From contig NC_068984.1 in NCBI RefSeq assembly GCF_001194135.2, positions 40,578,086-40,642,085 on the forward strand: a DNA stretch of 64,000 nt, written 5' to 3'. Numbering within the stretch: position 1 is the stretch's first letter; each line of letters opens with the position of its first letter. The DNA comes from Octopus bimaculoides. Taxonomy: Eukaryota. The notes under the pieces were generated by a model, which did not search any database, had not been told where the DNA came from, and saw nothing but the letters and a program-made list of their open reading frames with translations. The position numbers and the translations under genes are program-made. Of the stretch, positions 35,831 through 49,650 are shown piece after piece.

Positions 35831-36294
35831 CTTGAAAAGGTACTAGCAGCGCCAAAGCATGGCCACAACTTTTAGGCTGAAACGCAAAAAGCTATAAAAG
35901 AATAAAACTATGTATATCTATATGTATAAATGTGTGTATATATGCGTATGTGTGTGTTTCTCTGTCTATCTCTGTGCTTGTGTGTGTATGTGCGTGTGAA
36001 TATGTGCGGGTATGTGAAAAAAAAACAATCGACAGAGTATCTGATAGATTGCTTTTGTAGTTATGTTTCCAGCTCTCTGGGCTCTGAGTTTGAATACCAC
36101 TGCGGTCAAATTTGCTTTTCATTCTTTCAGAGCCGATAAACAAAAGTATCTAAGTTTCCCTTTCTCTCATTCTTTCTGAGTATCTGTTTTTCTCCCTTCT
36201 GGAAGAACTTTTACACCTCGTGAAGCTCATCTGGAAAGAGATTGACTCCTCCAGATGGAGATTTTTCTCAAGGCATGCAGTATGTTACGAAGGC

Positions 36295-36580
36295 ACCTGG
36301 TAGACGGAAACTGAAAGAAGACCGTCGTATATATGTATATGAATATATATATATATATACATGTGTGTGTGTTTGTGTGTCTGTGTTTGTCCCCCCAACA
36401 TCGCTTGACAACCGATGCTGGTGTGTTTACGTCCCCGTAACATAACGGTTCGGCAAAAGATACCGATAGAATAAGTACTAGGCTTACAAATAATAAGTCC
36501 TGGGGTCGATTTGCTCGACTAAAGGCGGTGCTCCAGCATGGCCGCAGTCAAATGACTGAAACAAGTAACAGAGTAAAAGC
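36295..36580 (+). mobile_element. SINE family D/E, 5'-truncated
   Basis: Matches 59100-59400 closely. Confidence 0.9.
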
Positions 36581-36732
36581 TGTTGAGGGTGCAGTATGAG
36601 TGTGTATGTGCGCGTGCGTATTTGTATGTGTGTGTATGTGTGTGTGTTTGTGTGTGAATGTCTGTGTATCTGTTTGTGTGTGTATGAACGTGTATGTATA
36701 TATACTCCTCTCTTTCTTCCTTTCTTCGCCCC

Positions 36733-36770
<38 letters not shown>

Positions 36771-36779
36771 CACTGTCAC

Positions 36780-37100
36780 GCTGTTACCTTCTTATGTCAT
36801 ACACCAGTAGACTTTCGCTTGAGAGAAGTTAGCTGAAAGCAACGTCGTCGGCCTTGACCTCAGCAAATCCTTCGACCGTGTCAGGAATGCAAACTTATTA
36901 AAACTTTCCCCCCATGTATTCTACTCATCTTTCATCTCTCGGATGGGTAGCTTCTTTTCAGAACACGCCATCACAGCATGTGTTGATAGAACTCTTTCTG
37001 TCTCACTCTCAATCAGCTCGGGCGTTCTCTGGGGTTCGTTTTTACTCCCCACTCTCTTCGTTCTACATCTCAAAACCAACTCACTACTGTTTATCAGAGT
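36780..37100 (+). mobile_element. CR1/Jockey-type reverse transcriptase fragment
   Basis: GLDLSKSFDRV (DxSKAFDRV motif), SFFSEHAITACVD, ISSGVLWGSFLLPTLF (SGVPQGSVLSPTLF motif). Confidence 0.8.
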
Positions 37101-38497
37101 TGACTGGTCTTGTCCCTTCTCCAGTTAGGAACTCTTACCCACCCCTGTTCCCATTATTATGTCTAACATCCAGGCTCCGCACCAACTGCTATTCCCACTC
37201 CTTCCTTCTCCTTCTTGCTCTTTTTTTTTCTATCAAACGTTGACTTGTGACTGTTTAAAAGGATATCATTGTTAGATTCCATGGAAATCTTCAGCGCGTC
37301 ATGTGTGTATACATCGAAAGCCAGTTAATTCAATTTATTTTAGAGCTTTTAAATGATTGCTTTTCTTTTTGTTTATTAATGATATATACAAATTTTTTTT
37401 TTCTAGATTCAAAAGGTTATTTTTATTTGTCGGCGCCGAATTACTAGCACTGTAGATGATACTAATAGTGGCATCAACGCTAACTAATGAAAGAAACGCA
37501 TTCTTTTATTGGTGTCAGAGTTGTACGGAGTTCAGCTCAATATTCCCTTTTAAGCAGTGTACGTGTGCAGGCATATATGATTTGCAACCAGACTACAAAG
37601 GAAATTTTAAAAGACAAAAAAAAAACATTCCACAGAAACATGCAAAAGAAAAGGAACAATACAGGTTCGAAACAAATTCATGATTGATAAGCTCCGTGCG
37701 TCTTCAAAACAATAAGATACTTGGCACAATGCAAAAACACTTTTTCTAATGAATACCAATGTAGTTGGTATCTCAGATACACGTCAACACTTCTTAATCG
37801 TTTTAGGTTTCCACAAAAAAGTCAATGCATATGTAGTTATTGCACTTTATAACATTTCTGCGCATACAGATCATTAAATATTAGAGCGAACATTGATTCA
37901 GCGCAACAGCTCTGGTCTCTAACTAGCAACAGAATATCATCTCCATATGAGAACATTCTGTGATGAAAAAAAGTGCCTTTTATGTTTTCTTTCACTTTTC
38001 TTTTACATTGTTGCGGTGCCAATTCGATAGAATATTATCAAAAAACTGAGACGTTGCAGAAACTGAAAAATGTGATGACATGTCAAAATTTATGAAAGGA
38101 TTTGAGTTATTGCGGTAATAATTTAGATTTTCCAGACTATTAATTCATTTTCCTTTTGTATTTGTCTGAGTAACATTATGTTTTGATCTTAACTATTGTG
38201 CAAATTTTAACGGCATCTTTTTCATCTGTTTTCCACATTGTGTTAGAAACGATTTTAACCCAACCAAGGAAAGTGTATAGCAGCAGGAAGAGGCTATCAT
38301 AAGAGGAGTCAAGTAACTAGGTTACTCCTGCAACAAATGAGTTTTTTTTATCTTTCATATTTTTTCTTCAGCATTGTACTGAGTCCATGTTGGAGCATTA
38401 CATTTCAAGCTTTTAGCCTATATTGATCACAGTACATGTGTGATACATATTTTATCGATCTCGTCATAAACGAAAAGAATAACTCGATCGAACGCAA

Positions 38498-39170
38498 ATG
38501 CCACCAGGGAACACTTATGTGAAACCATCTATCTTAGTTGGAGGAGCAGCAATGAAAGTGATAGACAAGTTTGTCTACCTGGGTCGCCCACTCTGCCAAT
38601 ATCGCTCCTTGAATGACGAAGTATCTTTAAGGCTTCAGAAAGCACTGATTTCTTTAGTACTCTTGAGTCAGGTGTCTGGTCCCAACATGGCATCACGAGG
38701 CGAACAAAAGTTACTGTGTATTGTGCGTGTGCGCTTACGTCGCTCCTTTACTCGTGTAAGGGTCCTCGAAGCTTCCATCAGAAATATGAGACATTCTGAA
38801 TGCTAGTCCTTGTGGACTCCAGACACAGAAGTTCTGAGAGGAGCCGACATCCTGAGCATTGAAACTATGGTACACAAGAACTGATTACGCTGAACTGGGC
38901 ACCTTGTTCAGAGGAGTGATCAGAAGATCTTTAACAGATATTATATAGGAAACTTGTTTGTGGAAAGCGACCCCAGCAGAGATCAAGACTACGGCTTAAG
39001 AATTGTATACAGTCTTCATTGAAGACATAAGAGATATGGAAGGTCAACTGGGAAAGCAATGTTTGTCATCGCCACCAATGCAGGAAATGAATATTTTTGA
39101 AAAGATACTCATTTTGCACGCTGAACTTCAGCGAGCTTCTAGAAAACGCACTGCTTTAGCTTCAAGAAAG
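38498..39170 (+). mobile_element. RTE (BovB-like) LINE 3' remnant
   Basis: KVIDKFVYLG...EVSLRLQKA, HGITRRTKVTVY, LRGADILSIETMV, LR*TGHLV, GKRPQQRSRLRLK. Confidence 0.85.
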
Positions 39171-39767
39171 TAAGACATGTTATAATAAGAATTGGGTTAA
39201 TTGTTATTAATTGTTATAATAGGAATTCAACAAGCAATCGTTAATGGAGCAGTGTTTCTACTAATACTAGTAAGCTTTGTGTTATATTTTTTCTTCATAT
39301 CAACGAATTGCCATGAAATATACCCAACTATTGGGCTCAGTGTGCTTCAGCAACACAGTGCGGCCATTGAGATGACAGATGAAGCTCGACTGTCAGTGTT
39401 GAACCACATTCCAAATGAAATGGGAATGGTTCTGCCAAACTTCCCCAAGCACAGCTCTCGTGGTTAAGTTATCTCCAAAAGTTTCAAACCTTAAGCTATT
39501 CTGATACTTCAACTCGAACTGCAACATTGAACTTTTATTGAAACGAGAACCACAATAATGGAGGGATTAAAACGGGATCAACTCGGCCAACCGCGCCTTT
39601 GTATACACATAGACGCATACACACACGCACACACTGAAGCATACAGTTTTTAGGTATAAATTCTCCCGACACATCAACAGAAATACATATTCATGCAAAC
39701 ACACACACACGCACACACACACATATGTACAGCTGCACATGCATACACGTACATTCATTAACACATA

Positions 39768-39985
39768 CGAGGGGGTGCTGCAAAAGTTTCTTGCTTTGGA
39801 TAAAAGAAAATACAGGAGGATCAGTTAATTGTGATTTTATTCAACACATTCCCCTCAGAGATACACACATTTATTGCAGTGGTCCTTCAATTTTTCTAAG
39901 CCCTGTAAAAGAACTTGGAAGGTTGGACGTCCAGTCAGGCCTTTCGCGATACCCTTAAAGTGAGGAACTTTTCAGCACCCCCTCG
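39768..39985. mobile_element. 218-bp mariner-derived MITE with TA TSD
   Basis: TA|CGAGGGGGTGCTGCAAAAGTTTCT ... AGGAACTTTTCAGCACCCCCTCG|TA, non-coding interior. Confidence 0.92.
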
Positions 39986-41687
39986 TACATTACAGGCAGA
40001 GAATACATATTCATGGAGTTACTTACTCACACATGCGTACACAGATACGTTCGTGCAAAGACACGTACCTACACACACACATACATACGCATGCACACAC
40101 ATATATACACATACACACACACACAACACACACACAACCATACACGCATAAATACTTAGACATTTGCAAAAACAGACCTGGGGACATATACATCCCCCAC
40201 ACACTGAGGTATATTCATACATACACACATACACACACGTGCAGCATACACAAACACTCGCACACTCACAACGGACACATACGCAGGTATGTTAGCACGT
40301 ACACAGCATGCTCCCATACATAGACACATGCACAAACACACACACACGCTCACATACATAGACACTACAGACGTGAACACACGCACACAATTATATACAT
40401 ACACTGACGCGTAAACATGTATACACGTAGATACGGATATATATCCATACACAAACATATGCACATGCATATACACAACGCACATAATCACACACGCACA
40501 CACTCTCAAATACACACATTCACACACATATAAATACATACGTATACACAGAAACAGACCCAACTACATTCACATATTCCAATATACATCGCACAAACAC
40601 TTACACACAACACCTAGGTACATATACATACTCACATACATACACACACATACAAGCGCATACAATATATAGACAGACAGACTCAGGTGCATATATATAC
40701 CCACAGACATTATACACATACACACACGCAAACAAATACATACATACACACCTATTAGAGTTAGATTACGTCGGCAACCAGCAAGTATTATAAGGTAATC
40801 AAATGAAAATGTGGTCAAAGACACAAAGGCATGAATATCTGTTAAGGAAGAAATAATCAAAGCAAAAGCAAAATAAGAAAACAAACAAACAACAAAATCG
40901 ACCGAAAACAAAAATAAAATGTACCCCAAACATTACAGTTTGTGGAAAATTATTATTAAAGAGAGTAAAAAGAAAATGGCGAGACTGTTTGATAGAAAAA
41001 TTGTGAAAGGAATGAAATGAAATTATGTAAGAGTGAACTAAAAGAGCAAACCAGAGAGACAGTGAGAAATGTGTGAAAAAGAAAAAGAGAGCAATGTGAT
41101 GGTGCAATTGTATAGTGTTAAAGGTGGAAAAGGTTAGAGTGTGTATGAGGATGAGAGAGAGCGACAGAGAGAGAGAGAAAGGGAGGAGCAGAAAGCAAAA
41201 AGAGAGGAGGAGGAGGAGGAGGAGGAGGAGGAGAAAGAGGAGGAGGAGAATGGCAGAGAGAAAGAAAAAGAGAACGAGAGGGGAGCAGAAGTGGAAAAAG
41301 AGAGAGAAATATACAGGAGAGTAAGGCCTACTCTTGTCGCTTTGTAATATGAGATTTACCTCTGTTTTTGTTACGTAATATTCAACAAATATAAAATTAC
41401 ACTGTCCGCCTTTCCACACACACAAACATACAAACAACATGTGCAGCAAACACATTGGTTAAAACACATAGTTGTTAAATGAAAGTTTAATTTAATTTAT
41501 ACATACGCTCGCGAACACATGCGTCTATACATACTTATTACAAATGCCTTACATACCCTTCTTCTCCCTTTCTGTTGCCTCTCAGTATTTCTCTTTCTCT
41601 CTCTCTTTCTCTCTCTCTCTTTCTCTCTCTCTCTTTCTCCACACACATATATATGCATATATATATATGAATATATATATGTATGTA

Positions 41688-41736
<49 letters not shown>

Positions 41737-41915
41737 NNNNNNNNNNNNNNNNNNNNNNNNNNNNNNNNNNNNNNNNNNNNNNNNNNNNNNNNNNNNNNNN
41801 NNNNNNNNNNNNNNNNNNNNNNNNNNNNNNNNNNNNNNNNNNNNNNNNNNNNNNNNNNNNNNNNNNNNNNNNNNNNNNNNNNNNNNNNNNNNNNNNNNNN
41901 NNNNNNNNNNNNNNN

Positions 41916-41974
<59 letters not shown>

Positions 41975-42049
41975 GTACACACACACACACACACATGTAC
42001 ATGTAATATGTATACACATATAAATATATATATTTTTTCTGGCTGTCTG

Positions 42050-42128
<79 letters not shown>

Positions 42129-42883
42129 ATGTGTGTGTGTGTGTGTGTGTGTGTCTGTGTCTGTGTGTGTGCGTATATATTGACACATGTGCATATGTTC
42201 GTATGTATGTGAGTTGCAAGGGGAGAGCAATTAAAAACGAAAAACAAGAAAAACAGAAGCTAAATATATAAGCAAATATAGAAAAAGGGAGAGAGACAGA
42301 GAAAAGAGAGAGAGAAACTGTGACAGAAACACAGCATTATAAACAGGAAGGGAAGGCCATACTCTTTGCCTGTCTCTCTGTATATTAGTCTGACGGACGG
42401 AGTAAAGAGGAATGGGTAAGCTAAGCATGGGTTTTAATAGCAGTGTTATCTCCGCTTCTCGGATAATTTCAACTTGAAGAATTAATTTTTCTGTTGCACC
42501 CACTGTCAGCGTTGACTGCTGCAACAAAAGGCATACATGCAATACAAAGAAATCAAGACAGGTTAACGGATAGCGAGAGCTATATATATAGTTCCAAAGG
42601 TTTGGGTGTTTGAAAGATAACGCATGAAGCCGTTGGGCTAATATTGATTGAAAAGCTATACTGGGCACGTGTTATTTCGATTACGGACGCTGGCGTTCGC
42701 TCCAGGCTTTTGTTGATAAATTCAGCTGAGAACATTGGTGAGACCGAGCGGCACACCGTCATCAAGAGATGGCTATCCCACTTCTTTTTCTTCTCCATAA
42801 AACAAGTGTAATTAACACTTACGTAAAAGATAACTCTATCTCGGCATAACTGCATTACACACACACACACACANNNNNNNNNN

Positions 42884-42931
<48 letters not shown>

Positions 42932-43588
42932 CTCCATCTGTCCAACATTGATAATGGTATGCATTGTCACAACGCAAGCCTGGACAGGTTTAGCATTCAT
43001 ACTGCTTTTTATTTGATTCAGCACAAAAGCACTACAATTTTTGGAATGACGAAATAAGAGGTGTCGTGATATTTATAACTTTTCATCTCTCAATCACAAT
43101 TATCAATAAATGGAAGGTATATGTCTTCAAGCAAGAATCGAAACAGGCTCACGAAATTGACTCACAGAGAATGTACCTGTTACTGTGCAGTGACAACCAC
43201 AGAATTATCATTAACATTATTTTCTTATTTTGACATCTTGCCAAAATATATGTTCGGTTAAAGAAATAAATTGATGTTGTACATGTCCATTATTTATTTT
43301 ATCTCTGTCATGTTAATGGAAGGCAGGGTACGTTGGGAATCGTACCAATATCACCATCAAATTACAACCTATCTCTTAAAATGAAGACACATTAGGCAGT
43401 ATACTCCCAGATACACTGGGATGGATAGCCAGTTCGGGACCCCTAGATAATGTACGTAAAAACATTACAGTATCACAAATCACTGAATGTAGATGGCTGT
43501 TTTTATTGACAAATAAAACGTTATCTCACTCTTAATTGCACATATATATGCAACTTTACCTACCACTTAGAGAATTGATTGTTGCAAT

Positions 43589-43663
<75 letters not shown>

Positions 43664-43859
43664 GTCATAGACACACACACGCTCCCATACGCGCACACAG
43701 ACCCACATAATTTTAAGCTCGCCCACACATACATTCACCCGCGCTCGCCCCATTCATACATACACACTTACACACACTATTCTTACATACACACATGCGC
43801 TTGCGCACCCTAGTTCAGCCGGATCACTCTTATTACCTCCCTTTCACTCAACCTCTTTC

Positions 43860-44085
43860 TTCCTGTCATTTCATCATGTTGAACCGTTAACCCCTACAAA
43901 TTCTTTTCTCACTCCGTTTTTTTTTCGTTCTCTCTCCAATTTTTTTTTCCACCTCAACCTTTTTAGTCGAAGTGCATAAGCTCGAAATGTCAAAAACTTT
44001 TCCATTCTTCCCGAGTGTCAAACAACATACTTGCTTGTTGTTCCCTCACCTGTCTTCGTCTTTTGTTTTCTGTAAATTTGAACTG
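43860..44085 (+). mobile_element. Repeat family G, degenerate copy
   Basis: 'tagtcgaagtgcataagctcgaaatgtcaaaaac...cccgagtgtcaaacaacatac...cctgtcttcgtcttttg' aligns with the reverse complement of 33940-34070. Confidence 0.6.
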
Positions 44086-44569
44086 TGTGTGTGTGTGTGT
44101 GTGTGTATGGTTTTAACTCACGTTTTGCATGAACTCCTGTAATCTTGCATGGGCACCGGACTTGCTACCTATAGTCTATGGTATCGTGCTATTTGCTCAC
44201 TTCAACTATTTAGTACTTTTCCGAGAATGCTGGTCATGCGAAGGAGGCAAATTTTTTGCAGCAGGTCTATTGGACACTTTATATCCATCTTCTTTTTGTT
44301 TCTCTCATTATCTTTTGATAATGTCCCCCAGGTCCCAATAATAATTGGCACTATCTTCCATTTTTTAATTTTCTACAGTTAGACTATCTTGTATGTAAGA
44401 GGGTTAAAACCAAATCCAGCAATTGGCATGGTTGACACCCTCTCTAATAGCAGCTGCCTATATATATGTATGTGTGTGCGTATGAGTATATATATATGTG
44501 TGTGCCTGCGCGCGTGTGTGTGTGTGATGGACTTTCCCGTCGAAGACGACGGTTGAGTGTTCAGTTCCT

Positions 44570-44830
44570 TTGCTGAGTGAGCTGCACAAATGGTTTGTTA
44601 AAAGTGATCAAATGTGTGTGCTGTAGATTAGCTCACTCTCTCTATCAAATCCGCATTGTCTGTACACGTGCACAAGTGTGTCTCAAGTCAGATGTCGAAA
44701 TGATCGCAGGGTAACGTGAAATGAAGTGTTTTACGCAAGAACTCAAAGCGCCGCTCGGTCTGTGAATCGAACCCACAATCTAGCGATCATGGGTGCTACA
44801 CCCAAACCATTAGGCTACGCGCTTTCGCGC
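44570..44830 (-). mobile_element. SINE family C head and core with an atypical 3' part
   Basis: Minus strand 'gtagcctaatggtttgggtg...gggttcgattcacagaccgagcggcgctttgagttcttgcgtaaaacacttcatttcacgtt'. Confidence 0.7.
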
Positions 44831-44879
44831 GCGCTTACACACGCAAACACACATGCACACACACACATATGTATATGAT

Positions 44880-45215
44880 AAGAAGAAAAGAAGGGATGAA
44901 AAAATCCAGACAGATATCAACAAAGTACTCAGTTTGAAACGAATTTGTTTAATTATATCAAACAATCAGAGACCAATAAAAGGAATTAGAATGCACATCC
45001 TCATGTATGACAAGTAGATCCAAATATCATTTAGAAGAATTTAAAGAAATTCAGAGTATTAGACAACAAAAATACGGATATAGAAAAATTACATGGTATT
45101 GTTGAATTCACCTTACAAAGCCGACAATCGTTTCTGTTGTATCAACATATTTATAAACAGAAAATATCATTCAAATTCATATATCCGAAAATACATGTTA
45201 ACACAACGTTTTCAA
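44880..45215 (+). mobile_element. Possible Penelope-like RT N-terminal fragment
   Basis: FKFIYPKIHV resembles the PLE 'FY.LPKIHK' motif, and VDPN upstream resembles 'L..DP'. Otherwise decayed. Confidence 0.4.
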
Positions 45216-45235
45216 GGCGATCCAAAATATGTATA

Positions 45236-45293
<58 letters not shown>

Positions 45294-45804
45294 AAGATCA
45301 GATAGTCATGACAAGGATGAATTTGATCATAGCCTGTTCAACGAAAATTGACCCGAGGTTAACAGTTTAGTCACTGTTGTGAATTTTTGTTAAAACTTTG
45401 AATGAAGACGCCAACTTCACTGATTGAAAAGGAGATGTATCAAGTTGTGCCCCAAAGGTCACAATTTTTGTTGTAATATTTTACTTCCTTCCTTATGTTT
45501 TTTTTTGTCTGTCTGTCGAAATTATGACGTCAGCAACACCTACTATCAGATTCAGCGAGAAGGTAGAAGGAATAATGACTCATCATAAGCAACTTCATCA
45601 AAGAACATTTGCACAAGAGCATCAATAACAAGTATGGTAAGGCAATGGTAGCAGTAACAAGGACAGTGAGAACACCAACACAGACAACGGCTCCAACTGT
45701 AGCAGCATCAACAACACAACAACAGCAGCAATATCAGTGACAACAGTAGCAACAACGACAAAGTACATAGTAGACGCGACAGCACAGGCAGGCAATCTTT
45801 TGAT

Positions 45805-46193
45805 GGTTGTTGTTGGCACTCCGTCGCTTACGACGTCGAGGGTTCCAGTTGATCTGATCAACGGAACAGCCTGCTCGTGAAATTAACGTGCAAGTGGTTG
45901 AGCTCTACACAGACACGTGTACTCTTAACGTAGTTCTTGGGGATATTCAGCATGACACAAAGTGTGAAAAAGGCTGGCCCTTTGAATTACAGGCACAACA
46001 GAAACAGGAAGTAAGAGTGAGAGAAAGTTGTGGTGAAAGAATACAGCAGGGTTCGGCACCATCCCCTGCCGGAGCCTCGTGGAGCTTTAGATGTTTTCGC
46101 TCAATAAACACTCACAATGCCCGGTCTGGGAATCGAAACCGCGATCCTATGACCGCGAGTCCGCTGCCCTAACCACTGGGCCATTGCGCCTCC
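45805..46193 (-). mobile_element. SINE family A, full length, 8-bp TSD
   Basis: CTTTTGAT at 45797-45804 and 46194-46201. The body is the reverse complement of 25253-25635. Confidence 0.95.
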
Positions 46194-46827
46194 CTTTTGA
46201 TCGTGTGGTGATAAAATGAACACAATACTTTGCACTCTATCAAAAATACAAGGAGGTATGTCTGACATAGGAAGCACAACTTTTGAAGGTTAATGGGAGG
46301 AGATCACAAGTTGCAATTCTAACCAAACTTTTGGCAGAAACTACCCAAAAGGAGGCGCTGTATCGTTGTGTGTCGGCTAAAGCTAGACACATAGAAGCAG
46401 CAATAAACATCCAATTGGAAAGAGCCTTCAAGCCATTTGCCTTGCTGTTCTTTCTATTCTTGAGTTTTGTCATTGTACGGTGACTAATTCGATATTTCTG
46501 ACCGGAGGCGATATTCTTTCTTCTATATACATAACATTGGTTTTCAAAATCAGCATCGCAACACTGATTGCGTTTTCTGTATTTTATAAACCTCTGCTTC
46601 CTTCCCTTGGTAAACAGAACCTTTAGAGTGGTGGGCAAAACTTTTAGAAAGAACGAAAAGTGCATAATCTGTTTGGAAGTGCTGGATATTCACCGTTGAT
46701 ATGCGGGTATCAAGTTCATCAAATAGTTCCTTGCCTGGCATGAAACATACCCCTGTTTCTCTAAGTTGTTTTTGTTTTATTCAACAGGCGAGGACGCACA
46801 GCGAGATGATCATTGCAAGTCTTCCCA

Positions 46828-46895
46828 CACTGGTTTGATTGATGCACTGGTTTGATTGATGCACTGGTTTGATTGATGCACTGGTTTGATTGAGG
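46828..46895 (+). repeat. 17-bp minisatellite, 4 units (CACTGGTTTGATTGATG)
   Basis: Three perfect units plus one ending GAGG; no spacers. Confidence 0.95.
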
Positions 46896-46999
46896 CTGAC
46901 CTTCAATAGGTTGACGTACGTCTTCAGTGAAAGCATAGGCATGGAGGAAGATCTCGAAGTTTGCAGCTCTAGGAAAGAATGTCAACAGAGGAGATTGTC

Positions 47000-47140
<141 letters not shown>

Positions 47141-47457
47141 AAGGCAAACAGACAGACAAACAGACAAAGAGACAGAAAGAAAGAGATTGGTAAGAGTACT
47201 AGTTGAAGTTCTTGCCAAGAGCAAAGTCATAACCAGTGAGTCAAAAACCAGTGAGTCAAACTTTTCAAATAATTCTTAACTTTAAACCAAAAACATTCGC
47301 TTAACATTTAATCCGCTCAATAAATTTCGAATTTTCTTAAACAGAAATAAATATTTATTTAAATTATAGGTTTACTTCATTCTTCAAATAAAAAATAGTA
47401 AGCAACATAAATCTTCTGAATGTTTTACCTTTAAATCTGAATTGTTAAAGTTTTTGT

Positions 47458-47667
<210 letters not shown>

Positions 47668-48092
47668 TTTGATAAATCTTGCAACATAATGTGAAATGAA
47701 TTATTTTAAATTTTCTACTTTGTCGAGATTCAAAACTTACTCCACACTGCACATGTATTCATACATAATCATCATCCATCCATCGATACATACATACATA
47801 CATACATACATACATACATACATACGTACGTACATATGTAGGCACGTACGCACGTAGGTACGTATGAATGTATTATCTATGTATGTACGTATGCATGTAT
47901 GTGTGCATGCATGTNNNNNNNNNNNNNNNNNNNNNNNNNNNNNNNNNNNNNNNNNNNNNNNNNNNNNNNNNNNNNNNNNNNNNNNNNNNNNNNNNNNNNN
48001 NNNNNNNNNNNNNNNNNNNNNNNNNNNNNNNNNNNNNNNATATATATATATATATACATACATATATGTATCTATATGTATGTATTTATCTA

Positions 48093-48143
<51 letters not shown>

Positions 48144-49650
48144 ATATAATATGTACAGATTCATGCACATACATGCTCGCTAAAAATAAATACCCAAGTA
48201 CATACATACTAGCAGAACAACAAACCGACAGACTGACAGAGTGAGGGATATATACATATGCGCTCTTTAATATACATATATATCTAAAAAGTGTGGAAAC
48301 AAAACAAAACAAAAAGAATTCAAAGATGTAACTTTATTTCCCAGGGCAAAATATTCCATCAACTAAAACATTCCACTTTGATCTCTCAAAGAACCGAATG
48401 CCAATCTGTGCAACATGATCAAATTGAAAACGCTAGATCATCTTAAATATTTAACGATTCTCAAAATCAAACGTTAAGCATGGGAGTCTAAAAGCAGCTA
48501 ACATCATTACACTTCTGGTAATGGCATTAAAATAAATATATAAATTATACATGACATACTCACACACGCACACATATGTGTATATACATCTATACAAGTA
48601 TATATATATATATATATTGTTTATTAATTTATTTATTTATTCTAATCCCATTACAACACGTACGTATATGTACGTGCATGTGTACATATTCATGTATACA
48701 AGAGAATCATTAGTTTGGGTTACTCTTAGACCCTCATCTAATTCACCTTTTGAGCAACATTGGAGTAAAAATATAACTTTATTGAAGGGTGGCCTTATAT
48801 ATATNNNNNNNNNNNNNNNNNNNNNNNNNNNNNNNNNNNNNNNNNNNNNNNNNNNNNNNNNNNNNNNNNNNNNNNNNNNNNNNNNNNNNNNNNNNNNNNN
48901 NNNNNNNNNNNNNNNNNNNNNNNNNNNNNNNNNNNNNNNNNNNNNNNNNNNNNNNNNNNNNNNNNNNNNNNNNNNNNNNNNNNNNNNNNNNNNNNNNNNN
49001 NNNNNNNNNNNNNNNNNNNTATATACACATATATATATATTATATGTATTATATATTGCATGTACATATGTGTGTATGAGTATGTGTGTGTGTATGTGCG
49101 TGTGTATGTGTGTGTAGGTTGTATTTTGCGCAATCAACACTTTTGGGAAAATAAGATGAATTTTATGTAGTTAGCCCATAGTTTATAATATCTAAGTTGC
49201 GGAAAGTAAATAAATATAAAATGTAACTTGTGAGTTTCTCCTCCCAAAGAAAAATAAGGAGAATATTATAATTTGTTAGTCATTCGTCAGCGCTTCGTAT
49301 AGTTTTACTACTGTGCTTAGGAATGGCACTTGATAGTAATCGATATTTAGATCAGACACAATTAGAAGCAGGTCGAAGTGGCTAGACTAATTTGCATAAT
49401 GTGCATTCACTTTTTGTTCATACTTCCATCTATCACGTGGTACCAATCTGATGTAATAGCTGCTATATACATATATGTCTTTGTCAATCTGAAACATGAA
49501 TCATCTCGAGGAAAAACAAATATGTAACACACACGTATTATACTTTATTATATAAAACCTGTCTATATTTCCAAATGTCAATACAAAATCACATACATAT
49601 ATATACGCACGATGGGCTTCCACACAGTTTCTATCAACAAAATTCGCTCA

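Noticed and set aside
46600-46741. Minus-strand 'YQGKEAEVYK' resembling a RIO/Bud32 kinase P-loop
   Set aside because: No other kinase motifs are present and a stop follows shortly; this is a chance resemblance.
46828-46895. CRISPR-like appearance of short direct repeats
   Set aside because: The units are contiguous with no spacers, the context is eukaryotic and there are no cas genes.
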